The notes beneath the pieces were generated by a model. The model searched no databases and was not told where the DNA came from. It saw only the letters and a program-made list of their open reading frames with translations. Of a stretch of 64,000 nt of DNA, positions 48,857 through 58,780 are shown one piece after another. The DNA is from Candidatus Binatia bacterium. Its GTDB lineage: Bacteria > Desulfobacterota > Binatia > Bin18. The position numbers and the translations under genes are program-made. Each line of letters starts with the position of its first letter. Position 1 is the stretch's first letter. Where the stretch lies: contig OY761159.2 in NCBI GenBank assembly GCA_963664395.2, positions 3,008,001 through 3,072,000 of the forward strand, given 5' to 3'.

Positions 48857-49852
48857 ATGGGCGAAGCCATACACGCGATTGTCATCAACAGGGTTGAGAA
48901 AAAAATATCGTCCGAGCTGAAAGAAATCACTCCGGACGATCTGCCCGAAGGGGATGTGACCGTCAAGGTTGCCTATTCCACGCTGAATTACAAAGACGGC
49001 TTGGCCGTCACCGGGACCGCGCCCATTGCCCGTACCTACCCCATGATAGGCGGGATCGACCTGGCCGGGACGGTCGAGTCCTCCAGTTCGCCCGCCTATC
49101 AGCCTGGAGATAAGGTCTTGATCACCGGCTGGGAACTCAGCATGACCCACGGCGGTGGATATTCCCAGAAACAGCGGGTCAAATCCGAATGGCTGACGCG
49201 CGTGCCTGAAGCCTTCAGCCTCAAACAGGCCATGGCCGTGGGTACGGCCGGCTATACCGCCATGCTGTGCATCCTGGACCTTGAACGCATGGGCGTGACA
49301 CCCGGAGAGAAAGAGGTGATTGTGACCGGTGCCGCGGGTGGCGTCGGCAGTGTCGCGGTCGCGGTGCTGGCCAAGCTTGGCTATACAGTGGCCGCGTCAA
49401 CCGGGCGGCCGGAACTGCGCGATTATCTCACCGACCTGGGAGCCTCCACCATTGTTGAACGGGCAGAACTCGCTGAGCCCTCGGGCCGTCCTCTGGACGC
49501 CGAACGCTGGGCGGGTGGCGTCGATTCCGTAGGTGGACAGACCTTGGCCTCGGTCCTGCGGGGGACCTGTTACGGCGGGGCGGTGGCGGCCTGCGGTCTG
49601 GCCGGCGGGGTTGATCTGCCGACTTCGGTCCTGCCGTTCATCCTGCGTAATGTCAGTTTGATCGGGGTGGACTCAGTGGTGTGTCCGAATCCCAAACGGC
49701 AAACTGCCTGGGATCGTCTCGCTCAGGACCTGCCCCTTGAGAAGCTGGACGCCATGACTGTGGTGGAACCCCTGTCGAAAGTGCTGGAGCTGGCTCCGCA
49801 AATTTTACGCGGGCAGGTCCGTGGCCGCGTGGTCATTGATGTGAATGCCTGA
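48857..49852 (+). CDS. acuI: Acryloyl-CoA reductase AcuI/YhdH family (MDR)
   Basis: Motifs YSTLNYKDGLA, GTAGYTAM, TGAAGGVGS and PFILRNVSLIGVDSV. Confidence 0.85.
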   Translation: MGEAIHAIVINRVEKKISSELKEITPDDLPEGDVTVKVAYSTLNYKDGLAVTGTAPIARTYPMIGGIDLAGTVESSSSPAYQPGDKVLITGWELSMTHGGGYSQKQRVKSEWLTRVPEAFSLKQAMAVGTAGYTAMLCILDLERMGVTPGEKEVIVTGAAGGVGSVAVAVLAKLGYTVAASTGRPELRDYLTDLGASTIVERAELAEPSGRPLDAERWAGGVDSVGGQTLASVLRGTCYGGAVAACGLAGGVDLPTSVLPFILRNVSLIGVDSVVCPNPKRQTAWDRLAQDLPLEKLDAMTVVEPLSKVLELAPQILRGQVRGRVVIDVNA

Positions 49853-49875
49853 GCTCGACTGGAAAAGGTAGCAAC

Positions 49876-50382
49876 GTGGCCGTGACCGGTATGAACAACG
49901 GCAATGCCGACGAACGTCTCAGCCTTCCAGCCCGAGACCTGCGCTTCCCCACCGCCCGCTCCCTGGGAGAGCTGTTTATTCGAGAGGGCGTGCATCGTAC
50001 GGATGACTATGCCTTCTGGCAATCCATAGGTCGGGCGCAGGGCAGTATCGCGGTTGAAGCCGACAAAGAACTCCGGCTCAACGTCAACCCGCAAGCGTCA
50101 ACCGATCTCTCATCTTTTCGCGCTGTTCCCGCTCACGCCATTCAATATCTGCAACTCTCGGCCTCGCGGGTGAATAATGAAAGTCTGGCTCATTTAGCCC
50201 ACCTGACCGGCCTGCGCGTGCTGTGGCTGTACGACACGCGCATCAGCGACGCCGGCCTGGTGCATCTGCAAAGCCTGACCGGACTGCGGGTGCTCAATCT
50301 GCGTAGCACGCTAGCCAGTCGCGGCGGCATCGACGCGCTTCAGGCAAAGCTGCCCAAGTGTGAGTTTCGCCGACCGTGGTGA
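49876..50382 (+). CDS. Leucine-rich repeat protein
   Basis: 24-aa LRRs such as LAHLTGLRVLWLYDTRISDAGLVH, with an LPKC cap. Confidence 0.8.
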   Translation: MAVTGMNNGNADERLSLPARDLRFPTARSLGELFIREGVHRTDDYAFWQSIGRAQGSIAVEADKELRLNVNPQASTDLSSFRAVPAHAIQYLQLSASRVNNESLAHLAHLTGLRVLWLYDTRISDAGLVHLQSLTGLRVLNLRSTLASRGGIDALQAKLPKCEFRRPW

Positions 50383-50432
50383 GCCGCCTGATACCTGTTC
50401 CAAAATCCAGTACGTAAAAGAGTCAGAGCTCC

Positions 50433-50488
50433 CTCGGGAATCTGCGGGAATCTGCGGGAGCCGGACCGGATTCCCGCAGATTCCCGAG
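50433..50488. repeat. Inverted repeat built from 10-bp tandem units
   Basis: Perfect 20-bp arms CTCGGGAATCTGCGGGAATC / GATTCCCGCAGATTCCCGAG. Confidence 0.85.
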
Positions 50489-50501
50489 AGGAGAAAAGAA
50501 C

Positions 50502-51323
50502 TTATTTGCCCGTATATCCAGGGTTGGTGGGGTTATCGAGCCAGTCGCGCCGTTTGTCATACGGCAGGTCTATATAGGTTTGCATGGCCAGCAATCCGTC
50601 GTCGGACAGCATGGTCTCCAGAAAGGCCGAGCTTTCAATGCCGAGCCCGGCGGCGAGATGAGTATCGTTGCCGGCATAGACCGAGTGCTTGGCGCGGGCG
50701 ACGGCAATCGGCGGAAAATTGGCAATCTCACGGGCGATTTCTGTCGCTCGGGCGAGCGCATCGTCGGCAACTTCGTGGACCAGACCGAAATGGAGCGCTT
50801 CATCGGGTGGGACGACACGAGAGCGAATAACAAACTCCAGCGCGCGGCCAATCCCGATCAGCCGCGACAGGCGCTGGGTGCCGCTGCCACCGGGCAGAAT
50901 GCCGAGTTTGACTTCCGGGAATCCATATCGATAATCACCCTGCTGGCCAATACGCAGATCGCATGACAGACTCAATTCAAATCCACCGCCCATGGTGTCG
51001 CCGTTCATGGCCACGATGATCGCCTTGGGCAGCTCGCTCAAATTTTTCAGCATGGCGTGATAGGCCGCGGTGAGTGAGGTGCCAGCCTGTCGCATGGCTT
51101 CACGATCCTTGGCTAAATCAACCAATTCTTCCACGCTGTAATGGGTAATAAACTTGCCTTCCAGCGCACCTGTCAAAACGACGGCCCGGATAGCGGGGTC
51201 GCGCCAGTCCTCAATCAGCTTCCACAACTCTTGGGTGCCCTCGGCACAGAAATAATTCATCGGGGGGTTATGGTATTTTGCGATCACGACCCCGTCGCTC
51301 TGTTCAGTCTGCCAATAGCTCAT
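50502..51323 (-). CDS. Enoyl-CoA hydratase/isomerase-family protein
   Basis: Motifs GGGFELSLSCD and PEVKLGILPGGSGTQRL. Confidence 0.93.
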   Translation of the reverse strand: MSYWQTEQSDGVVIAKYHNPPMNYFCAEGTQELWKLIEDWRDPAIRAVVLTGALEGKFITHYSVEELVDLAKDREAMRQAGTSLTAAYHAMLKNLSELPKAIIVAMNGDTMGGGFELSLSCDLRIGQQGDYRYGFPEVKLGILPGGSGTQRLSRLIGIGRALEFVIRSRVVPPDEALHFGLVHEVADDALARATEIAREIANFPPIAVARAKHSVYAGNDTHLAAGLGIESSAFLETMLSDDGLLAMQTYIDLPYDKRRDWLDNPTNPGYTGK

Positions 51324-51372
51324 GTTGATATCCTCTTCTCTGTTTACTCTGTACTAGCCACTGACCACTAAT

Positions 51373-51412
51373 ACCCACCCCGGCCCTTCGGGCCACCCCT
51401 CCAAGGAGGGGA
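51373..51412. repeat. Family A repeat (reverse orientation)
   Basis: ACCCACCCC-GGCCC-TTC-GGGCC-ACCCCTCCAAGGAGGGGA. Confidence 0.75.
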
Positions 51413-51424
51413 TAGGGGAGGGAG

Positions 51425-51453
51425 AAAAAAAGCCCACCGGGGGATGGTGGGCT
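51425..51453 (-). terminator. Intrinsic terminator
   Basis: On the minus strand, AGCCCACC-loop-GGTGGGCT followed by a T-tract. Confidence 0.75.
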
Positions 51454-51497
51454 CTTGTGCTACATCGACGCGTGTTTCTGTGCGTCAGCAGCGGCGT

Positions 51498-51701
51498 TTA
51501 CTGATCAGCCTTGCGGGACTTGATCGAGACAACCTTCTTCTCTATGTCCTGAGCGGTTTCCCAGGCATCATGCTGAAGTGCACAGTGCATGAGCACCCTG
51601 GCCAGGCTGTCTTTATGCTCACTGCCGGCAGCCTGACAGTCGCCGCAGTACCATTGATCCTCTTTGATATTGCCAATTTCTCCACCAATCACTTGGGGCA
51701 T
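51498..51701 (-). CDS. Small hypothetical protein with CxxC...HC...H
   Basis: 67 aa, GGAGGTG RBS and its own terminator. Confidence 0.6.
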   Translation of the reverse strand: MPQVIGGEIGNIKEDQWYCGDCQAAGSEHKDSLARVLMHCALQHDAWETAQDIEKKVVSIKSRKADQ

Positions 51702-51824
51702 AGTCACCTCCTGTTTTTTCTTTCTCTTGTAGCGCAAGAGATATTGTCAGGTCCAGGGGTTGATCTCCCGGCAACGCTGTGCGACTCAATACGCATACAA
51801 ATATCCAAAGGGGAGGAGACCAGA

Positions 51825-52121
51825 ATGGGTACAACGGTTGTTCTGCTGGAAATACAAGTCAAGCCTGAATGCGTAGAAGAGGTGAAAGCCTTTATGAAAG
51901 AGGCGTTACCGGACACGCGCGGCTACGACGGCTGTCAGGGCCTTGATGTCTATGGCAATCTCGACGAGTCAACCAATCTCGTGTTCTACGAACGCTGGGA
52001 TTCACGCGATCACTATCAGAAATATCTGAACTGGCGGACCGAGACCGGTGTGCTTGATCAGCTCGGCTCAAAATTGGTTGGCCCGCCGAGTATTCGGTAT
52101 TACGAAAGGGTTGATGTGTAG
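51825..52121 (+). CDS. Antibiotic biosynthesis monooxygenase (ABM)-family protein
   Basis: PDTRGYDGC...YERWDSRDHYQKYLNWR; GGAGG RBS. Confidence 0.88.
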   Translation: MGTTVVLLEIQVKPECVEEVKAFMKEALPDTRGYDGCQGLDVYGNLDESTNLVFYERWDSRDHYQKYLNWRTETGVLDQLGSKLVGPPSIRYYERVDV

Positions 52122-52151
52122 GGCGTTCCACCCTGATTTGGATTGTGAGAC

Positions 52152-52176
52152 AGGCCGGCTTTGCCGGCCTTTTTTT
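52152..52176 (+). terminator. Intrinsic terminator
   Basis: AGGCCGGC-TTT-GCCGGCCT followed by T6. Confidence 0.8.
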
Positions 52177-52280
52177 GTTCAGCCAAACGAGGGGCCAGCT
52201 TGTCCGCGCATCCAACAGATAGCAACTTCTGTTCTCACCAGCTACAATCTGGCGGCTTTGAAACCTAAGAAGGAGGCTCT

Positions 52281-53189
52281 ATGACGCAGAAACCAGCCAT
52301 CGCCTTAGTCGCCGTCGCTGGACGAAGAAAACAAACCCTGGAAGTTGCAACCCAAATTGAAAAAGAAGGCTTTAGCGGTCTTTACTGTCAGAGTGTCGGG
52401 GACTGTATTGGCTTGTGTGAGGCCCTGGCCTTTACCACCAACGAGATTCCGTTCGGGACCAGTATCGCCAATATGTATACGCGCCATCCGTATGATTTTG
52501 CCCAAACCGCAGCCCTGATTCACGAAGTCTCGGACGGACGCTTCCGGTTTGGCGTGGGTGTGAGTCACGGCCCTATGCTGAACCGCCTGAAGGTGAAGGC
52601 CGGCAAGCCGTTAGCTGATATGCGTCAATTTGTCTCCGACCTGCACGCCAGCGTTGGCCGAAAAGATGCGCTGCCGCCTATTGTCCTGGCAACGTTACGC
52701 AAGGCAATGGTCAAATTGTCGGCTGAGATTTCTCAGGGCGCGGTCTGGGCGAATGCGGCCCGGTCGCATATGGCCATGTCGCTGAGCTTCCTGCCACAGG
52801 AGAAAATGCAGGACGACGGGTTTTTTGTCGGTAATATGATCCCGACCATTATTTCGGACGATAAAGAAGCTGCCGCGAAAGTCCATCGACGGACCCTCAG
52901 CACCTATGTCCGCTTACCCAATTACCAGCAGTATTGGATCGAAGCCGGTTATGAAGAGGAAATGCAGGCCATCCAGCAGGCCATCGCCAATAAGGAAGAC
53001 GAGAAGATTCCGTCCCTCATGTCTGACCGCTGGCTGAGCCAAGTCACCCTGTACGGCAGTGTGTCCGAGGTCAGAGCCGGCGTCGAAGCCTGGTATGACA
53101 CCGGCCTCAAAACGCCCATCCTGGTGCCCTCGTCGGCCAATGGCAACCAAATGGTCGCCCTGCAGGAGGTGATGGCGGCGTTTCGATAG
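52281..53189 (+). CDS. LLM-class oxidoreductase
   Basis: Motifs FGTSIANMYTRHP and SDGRFRFGVGVSH. Confidence 0.85.
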   Translation: MTQKPAIALVAVAGRRKQTLEVATQIEKEGFSGLYCQSVGDCIGLCEALAFTTNEIPFGTSIANMYTRHPYDFAQTAALIHEVSDGRFRFGVGVSHGPMLNRLKVKAGKPLADMRQFVSDLHASVGRKDALPPIVLATLRKAMVKLSAEISQGAVWANAARSHMAMSLSFLPQEKMQDDGFFVGNMIPTIISDDKEAAAKVHRRTLSTYVRLPNYQQYWIEAGYEEEMQAIQQAIANKEDEKIPSLMSDRWLSQVTLYGSVSEVRAGVEAWYDTGLKTPILVPSSANGNQMVALQEVMAAFR

Positions 53190-53247
53190 GGGGCGGAGTA
53201 AGCAGCCGTTCTCTTGACGAGGCCCAGAGACTGCTTCTCCCGTGCGT

Positions 53248-54120
53248 TTACAGTACGAGGAAGTCAACAATCCGTGGGTTGACTTCCGCTGGCATTTCCA
53301 GATGCAGGAAATGTCCGAGACCCGGATAGACTTCTTTTTCCAAGCCCGCGGTGAACAAATGATCCATGGCGTTGAAGGCCGCAAGACGGCCCGGCCGGTC
53401 TCTTGTGCCGTGCAGGGCCAGCGTCGGAACTGTGGTGGGGGAGGCCAGCTTTTCCTGAAGGGGCTGTAAGGCCGGGTCTCGATTATCGGGATGAAACGTG
53501 TGTCGGTAGTAGTTGAGTGCGGCGGTCACCACCCCCGGCTGCCGAAAGGTCTCCTTCACGCTGGCCATGATCTCTGCCGGAATGTCGTACTCGGGTGAGG
53601 CGTCCTGCCACCAACGCTCGATAAAGGCAAAATCCTGGGCCGAGACCGCTTGTGCGGCAAACGGCATCTGAAAAAAGTAGGCGTGCCAGATACCTTTTAT
53701 CATGTCGTAGTCGGAAGCTAATGTACCCAGCATGACCCCCGGATGCGCGACCGCCAGGGTGACAATTTTCGGTATCCGTTCCGGCGCGAGAGCAGCCGCT
53801 CCGAAGGTCGCAAACGCCCCCCAGTCATGCCCAACGATACACGTTTGTTCGGCTTCCAGAGACGTCATCAAAGCGACGGCATCCTGCGCGAGCAGGACAG
53901 ATTCATAGCGTCCGTCCGCTGGAGCGGACGTTGGAGCATAGCCGCGCATGAACGGCGCGACCGCATGAAACCCCGCCTCGGCAAGGGCGGGTAAGAGCGT
54001 GCGATAGGTATACGCATTATCCGGAAAGCCGTGCAAACACAGGACGAGCGGTCCGTGGCCGGCTTCGAGGCAGTGAAAGTGGATGCCGTTTGCCGTGACT
54101 GTGCGTGTGTGAAATTCCAT
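53248..54120 (-). CDS. Alpha/beta hydrolase (epoxide hydrolase-like)
   Basis: Motifs LHGFPD, GHDWGA, ALNYYR and GHFLHLE. Confidence 0.9.
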   Translation of the reverse strand: MEFHTRTVTANGIHFHCLEAGHGPLVLCLHGFPDNAYTYRTLLPALAEAGFHAVAPFMRGYAPTSAPADGRYESVLLAQDAVALMTSLEAEQTCIVGHDWGAFATFGAAALAPERIPKIVTLAVAHPGVMLGTLASDYDMIKGIWHAYFFQMPFAAQAVSAQDFAFIERWWQDASPEYDIPAEIMASVKETFRQPGVVTAALNYYRHTFHPDNRDPALQPLQEKLASPTTVPTLALHGTRDRPGRLAAFNAMDHLFTAGLEKEVYPGLGHFLHLEMPAEVNPRIVDFLVL

Positions 54121-54177
54121 ACCTTTCTCCCTGCTATACGATCCTGGACACCCGCTTGAGGTAAAAGCGACACACCG

Positions 54178-55329
54178 TTACGCGCCCTCGGCAACAAGCG
54201 GCTGACGTGTACCCGCGGTCTTTTTCCAGCGCTCTCGAACAATCCTGAATGCCGCCTCAAACGGTGTACAGCGTGAGCGTTTGCTCCGTGAGAGCACCAG
54301 CCTGGTATTCTTCCGAATCCGCTCGCTGACAAAGGCAAAGGATTCCTTGGTCCCGAGCCCCTGAATGTCGGCCAGCGCCGCCAGGACTCCACCGCCGTTT
54401 GAGACAAAATCCGGCACGACGCCAATCCCGCGCTGGGAGAGGCGGTTCGCAATCGGCAGGCGAAAAGGAATGTTCGCCGCCGGGACGACCAGTCTGGCCT
54501 GAATCCGGTCAACATTCTTTGCATGGATGACATCCGGGCGCGCGCCGGGAATGAGGATGTCAACCGGCAGGGTGAAGAGCGCGCTCCGAGAAAGAAGCCT
54601 CCCGCCCCGATACTGATGGACTGCATCATCCCCATGCCTGTGGCGGAGATCCAAAAGCCGCTCGACATCCAGACCCTTGGGGTCATGACGCGTGCCCGCC
54701 AACGTTGAGACGGCCACGACACGGGCACCCGCGCGGGCAAAAAAACGGGCCGCCCCGCCCCCGACCTTGCCGAAGCCCTCGATGGCAACCGTCGCGCCGC
54801 GTATGGGCAGTTGAAAAGCCCTGGCCGCCACCAGGGCCGACTCAACCACGCCAAATCCCGTCAATTGGTCTTCAAGCGGCAGTCCTTCAAAATGTGTAGC
54901 GCGCAATCCACTATAGCGCCGCTTACCTGGCTTATTCCGCAGCGGTAGAAAGTCATCATCCGACGTCCCCATGTCAGCTCCGGGATAGTAGGTTCGCTGT
55001 TCATACAGGGGTTGAAGCACCCGCAGAAAGGCGTCCATCACCGCCTGGCGGTTCTGGGTTGCCGGGTCGTACCAGATGCCGGCTTTTGCGCCCCCGGCCG
55101 GGAATTCGAGCATCAAGTATTTATACGTCATGGCCCGGGCCAGGCGAATCATCTCTTCGACTGACAGGTCGGGCAACATCCGCACGCCACCCGCACTCAT
55201 GCCAAAAGCTGTCGTGTCAATGACAATCACCGCCCGCATCTGACTGGCCGGATCATAAAAGGATAGGATTCGTTCCGGACCAGTCGCGTCCTGATGCCGA
55301 TAGAAGGGAAATGATGGGTGTGTCTGCAT
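54178..55329 (-). CDS. Glu/Leu/Phe/Val dehydrogenase-family protein (probably not Glu-specific)
   Basis: Motifs AGGVRM, MTYK, GGAKAG, ADMGT, GFGKVG and PDFVSNGGG. Confidence 0.88.
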   Translation of the reverse strand: MQTHPSFPFYRHQDATGPERILSFYDPASQMRAVIVIDTTAFGMSAGGVRMLPDLSVEEMIRLARAMTYKYLMLEFPAGGAKAGIWYDPATQNRQAVMDAFLRVLQPLYEQRTYYPGADMGTSDDDFLPLRNKPGKRRYSGLRATHFEGLPLEDQLTGFGVVESALVAARAFQLPIRGATVAIEGFGKVGGGAARFFARAGARVVAVSTLAGTRHDPKGLDVERLLDLRHRHGDDAVHQYRGGRLLSRSALFTLPVDILIPGARPDVIHAKNVDRIQARLVVPAANIPFRLPIANRLSQRGIGVVPDFVSNGGGVLAALADIQGLGTKESFAFVSERIRKNTRLVLSRSKRSRCTPFEAAFRIVRERWKKTAGTRQPLVAEGA

Positions 55330-55472
55330 AATGGCACGAGGTCGCATACCTCTCCGTATGGGTCAATGGGGCGAGTGGGGGCGGCATGGATGGGACGCCG
55401 GACTGCCCGAAATCTTTTTTCTATTCTGATATAATGGGACGAGCTAATGAACGGGCGGGAGGGGGAAGTCAC

Positions 55473-56903
55473 ATGCCCAGAGCAAATGGAATAAACGGGC
55501 CGCTCAATTTTTTTGAGAACGTGAACCGGAGTTTCGACAGGGCGGCCCGATTCCTGACCTATCCGGAGGGCCTGCTCACGCAGATACGCACCTGCAACAG
55601 TGTGTATACCGTGCATTTCCCTATAAAGACGCAGCACGGCTACGAAGTGATATCCGGCTGGCGGGTGCAGCATAGCCACCACAAAGCGCCGTGTAAGGGC
55701 GGCATTCGGTATGCGCCCGAGGTGAGCGAGCATGAGGTCAAGGCGCTGGCCGCATTGATGACGTATAAGTGCGCCCTGGTTGACGTACCGTTCGGGGGAG
55801 CAAAGGGCGGGGTCCAAATCGATCCAAAGCGCTATACGGTTGATGAATTGGAACGAATCACGCGGCGCTATACGGCCGAACTGATCAAGAAGAATTTCAT
55901 CGGCCCCGGGGTTGATGTCCCGGCTCCGGACTATGGCACCAGCGGGCGTGAGATGGCGTGGATCTTTGATACCTATGCCTCGTTTAATCCGGGCCAGATT
56001 GATGCTGCGGCCTGTGTGACCGGAAAACCCATCTCCCAGGGGGGCGTACAGGGCCGTGTCGAGGCAACTGGGCGCGGGGTGTATTTTGGGCTGCGCGAAG
56101 TGTGTGAGAACGCCGAGGATATGAAACAGGTCGGCTTGAGTCCCGGCCTGGCGGACAAGACGGTCATCGTGCAGGGATTAGGCAATGTGGGCTACCATGC
56201 CGCGAAATTCTGCCAAGAGGGCGGCTGCCGTATTGTTGGCATCGCAGAATATGAAGGCGGGATTTGTAACGCCCAGGGATTAGATGTTGACGCTGTCCTC
56301 GCCCACCGTACACAGACGCAATCCATCCTTGACTTCCCTGGGGCGGAGAACGTTCCGCAATCGTCCGCTGTTTTAGAACGGGCATGTGACATCCTGATCC
56401 CAGCCGCACTCGAAAACCAAATCACTGTGACCAATGCGCCGCGCATTCAGGCCAAGATTGTTGCAGAGGCCGCAAACGGGCCCATAACCGCCCAGGCTGA
56501 AGACATATTAGCCGCCAAGGGGGTGCTGATTATTCCCGATGTCTACTTAAATGCCGGCGGGGTGACGGTCTCGTATTTTGAGTGGCTGAAGAATCTGTCG
56601 CATGTCCGGCTGGGTCGTATGGGCAAGCGATTTGATCAATCCGCCTTTGACAAGATCTTACATACGGTTGAACGCCTGACGGACAAGCGGCTCTCAGAGG
56701 GAGAGCGACAAGAGGTTGTGCATGGCGCGGATGAAATTGATCTGGTGAATTCGGGGCTGGAAGAAACCATGATTACGGCCTATCACCAGATTTACGAAGA
56801 ATGGAAAGGGGATCCGCGGGTGCCCGACTTACGAACGGCAGCATTTATCAGCGCTATTAAAAAAATTGCCGTCTCGTATATGGAACTCGGCATTTTCCCC
56901 TGA
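55473..56903 (+). CDS. gdhA: Glutamate dehydrogenase
   Basis: Motifs [34 protein letters not shown] and [12 protein letters not shown]. Confidence 0.93.
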   Translation: MPRANGINGPLNFFENVNRSFDRAARFLTYPEGLLTQIRTCNSVYTVHFPIKTQHGYEVISGWRVQHSHHKAPCKGGIRYAPEVSEHEVKALAALMTYKCALVDVPFGGAKGGVQIDPKRYTVDELERITRRYTAELIKKNFIGPGVDVPAPDYGTSGREMAWIFDTYASFNPGQIDAAACVTGKPISQGGVQGRVEATGRGVYFGLREVCENAEDMKQVGLSPGLADKTVIVQGLGNVGYHAAKFCQEGGCRIVGIAEYEGGICNAQGLDVDAVLAHRTQTQSILDFPGAENVPQSSAVLERACDILIPAALENQITVTNAPRIQAKIVAEAANGPITAQAEDILAAKGVLIIPDVYLNAGGVTVSYFEWLKNLSHVRLGRMGKRFDQSAFDKILHTVERLTDKRLSEGERQEVVHGADEIDLVNSGLEETMITAYHQIYEEWKGDPRVPDLRTAAFISAIKKIAVSYMELGIFP

Positions 56904-56922
56904 ATCGCTCCTGTCAACAGCC

Positions 56923-57252
56923 ATGAAGCGTGTCTACACCGCTCACGACCCAACTGAAGCACATCTGGTGAAGGGTCTGCTCGAAGCCGCCGGCATCGAA
57001 GCCCTTGTCCAGGGCGAGCATTTATTCCCTCTCCGCGGCAGCCTGCCAGTCACGTCTGATACCAATCCATCTGTGTGGGTGGTGAACGATATGGACTTTG
57101 ACCAGGGCCGTACGATTGCCCAAGCCTATGACCGCGGTGCCCGTGCGGACCAGACGCACGCCCCACACTGGGACTGCCCACAGTGCGGGGAGAAGCTTGA
57201 AGGCCAGTTTACTGCGTGCTGGAAATGTGGAGCGATTCGACCGTTGGCGTAA
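56923..57252 (+). CDS. DUF2007-family protein with a C-terminal zinc ribbon
   Basis: EAHLVKGLLEAAGI...WDCPQCGE...FTACWKCG. Confidence 0.85.
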   Translation: MKRVYTAHDPTEAHLVKGLLEAAGIEALVQGEHLFPLRGSLPVTSDTNPSVWVVNDMDFDQGRTIAQAYDRGARADQTHAPHWDCPQCGEKLEGQFTACWKCGAIRPLA

Positions 57253-57271
57253 AGCAGAGTCCGGCTACGCG

Positions 57272-57775
57272 TTACTTCGCCAACCCCAGTGTCTCCATCC
57301 GCGTCGGCTTCATGACAACCAGTACCCGGGGCTCCGTTTTCATGCTTTCAAGATATTCCTCACCGCCTTCCTCGCCGCGATACTTCAGCACGATTTTTCG
57401 GGTGTCGGCCCAAATATCTTTTTCTCGGATTTCCGCCGTGCCTTCGGCCACGACATACCCGAAGCCCATAACGTCATCGATACACAGGCTCATGCGGGCG
57501 TCGCGGACCAGGTTTTTATATTTTGCCCGCTTGGTTGTGACGGAGATGATGAAGTGCTCGCCATCCCACACAAACCAGACTGGGGTCAGTTGGGGAGTGC
57601 CATTGGCTCGAATCGTGGCCATAGTGGCATTCCGACTTTCGGCCAGAAAGCTCTCCACCGTCCGCTTGCTCTCCTGGGCCCATACTGGGCCGGACATGCC
57701 GATTATGCCGGCCATGCCGATTATGCCGAGGATGGCCCCCCATACAATGGTCCTGTACGTATTATTCCGCATCAT
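57272..57775 (-). CDS. PPOX-class F420-dependent oxidoreductase with an N-terminal signal peptide
   Basis: Motifs MATIRANGTPQLTPVWF and KYKNLVRDARMSLC, preceded by a basic/hydrophobic/VWA-QE leader. Confidence 0.85.
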   Translation of the reverse strand: MMRNNTYRTIVWGAILGIIGMAGIIGMSGPVWAQESKRTVESFLAESRNATMATIRANGTPQLTPVWFVWDGEHFIISVTTKRAKYKNLVRDARMSLCIDDVMGFGYVVAEGTAEIREKDIWADTRKIVLKYRGEEGGEEYLESMKTEPRVLVVMKPTRMETLGLAK

Positions 57776-57864
57776 CGTGCTCCCTTCGTGTAATGCTTTC
57801 TATGGGGTACATAGCAGAGGACTGGCGGCGCGAGTAGTTCCACTCCGCGCGGGGGAATAGCCGC

Positions 57865-58527
57865 CTAGGCCACTGTCTTGCGCCACACCGTCGCCAACCA
57901 GGGTTGTTGCGGGCGGGGTTTTCCCGCTGGACGGTAGTAATGCGTGACTTCCTGAAATCCTGCATGAGTGAGCAACTGTCGCCACGTCTCAAACGTGTAG
58001 AAACTGCCGTATCGATGGTCCTGCCATCCTTCCCGGTCATTGCCACGCGGATTTGAGCTGAACAGGATACCGTTCGATTTGAGCGTGTCCCAAAGCTGAG
58101 TGAGTACCCGGGGTAACTCTTGGCTGGGAATATGAAAGAGTGAGGCGTTGGCAAAGATGCCGTCAAAGCGTTCAGGCGGTAAGGTCAGATCGAGAAAATC
58201 CTGATGCCAGACTGCGCAGCCCGTCTGTCGCCTGGCCATTGCAACAAAGGGTTCCGCCCCATCCAGTCCAACCGCCTCATGGCCCAGGTCGTGAAAGACT
58301 GCAAGGTCACGACCTGGGCCACAGCCAAAGTCGAGGATGGAATACGGGCCGTCTCCCGGTATATGAGCGAGCAAGGCGGCTCGATTCTGACTGACATCAT
58401 GGTCTTGCGTCCCGCGCTGGAACGCTTCCGCACACTGTTCATAGAAAGCGAGAGTCGTGCGGGAGGTCTGCGTGACTTCTTCAGGGCCAAGTTGTTCAAG
58501 CTGGTTTGGCTGGTTTAGTTGCTTCAT
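57865..58527 (-). CDS. Class I SAM-dependent methyltransferase
   Basis: Motifs ILDFGCGPGRD and FDGIFANASLFH. Confidence 0.9.
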   Translation of the reverse strand: MKQLNQPNQLEQLGPEEVTQTSRTTLAFYEQCAEAFQRGTQDHDVSQNRAALLAHIPGDGPYSILDFGCGPGRDLAVFHDLGHEAVGLDGAEPFVAMARRQTGCAVWHQDFLDLTLPPERFDGIFANASLFHIPSQELPRVLTQLWDTLKSNGILFSSNPRGNDREGWQDHRYGSFYTFETWRQLLTHAGFQEVTHYYRPAGKPRPQQPWLATVWRKTVA

Positions 58528-58780
58528 GCTGGGTCAGGTGGAAAAAGAGACTCTGTGACGGCTTCTTTCCTCAAGCATCCGCTTACAAGTGCTCACCCCA
58601 GGTATGCCCCCGTAGCGAAAGCGTACCATTCGGCTTGATATCACATCTGTTTAAGCCATGCTGCTGGTACACGCCTTGCGCTACCCCGGACACAGGACGG
58701 AAGGCGCTCACTCTATTCTTTTAAGGGATTTCTTTCCACTCTCCTTTTTGACACAATGCGCTCCTACCAGGGAACACTCT

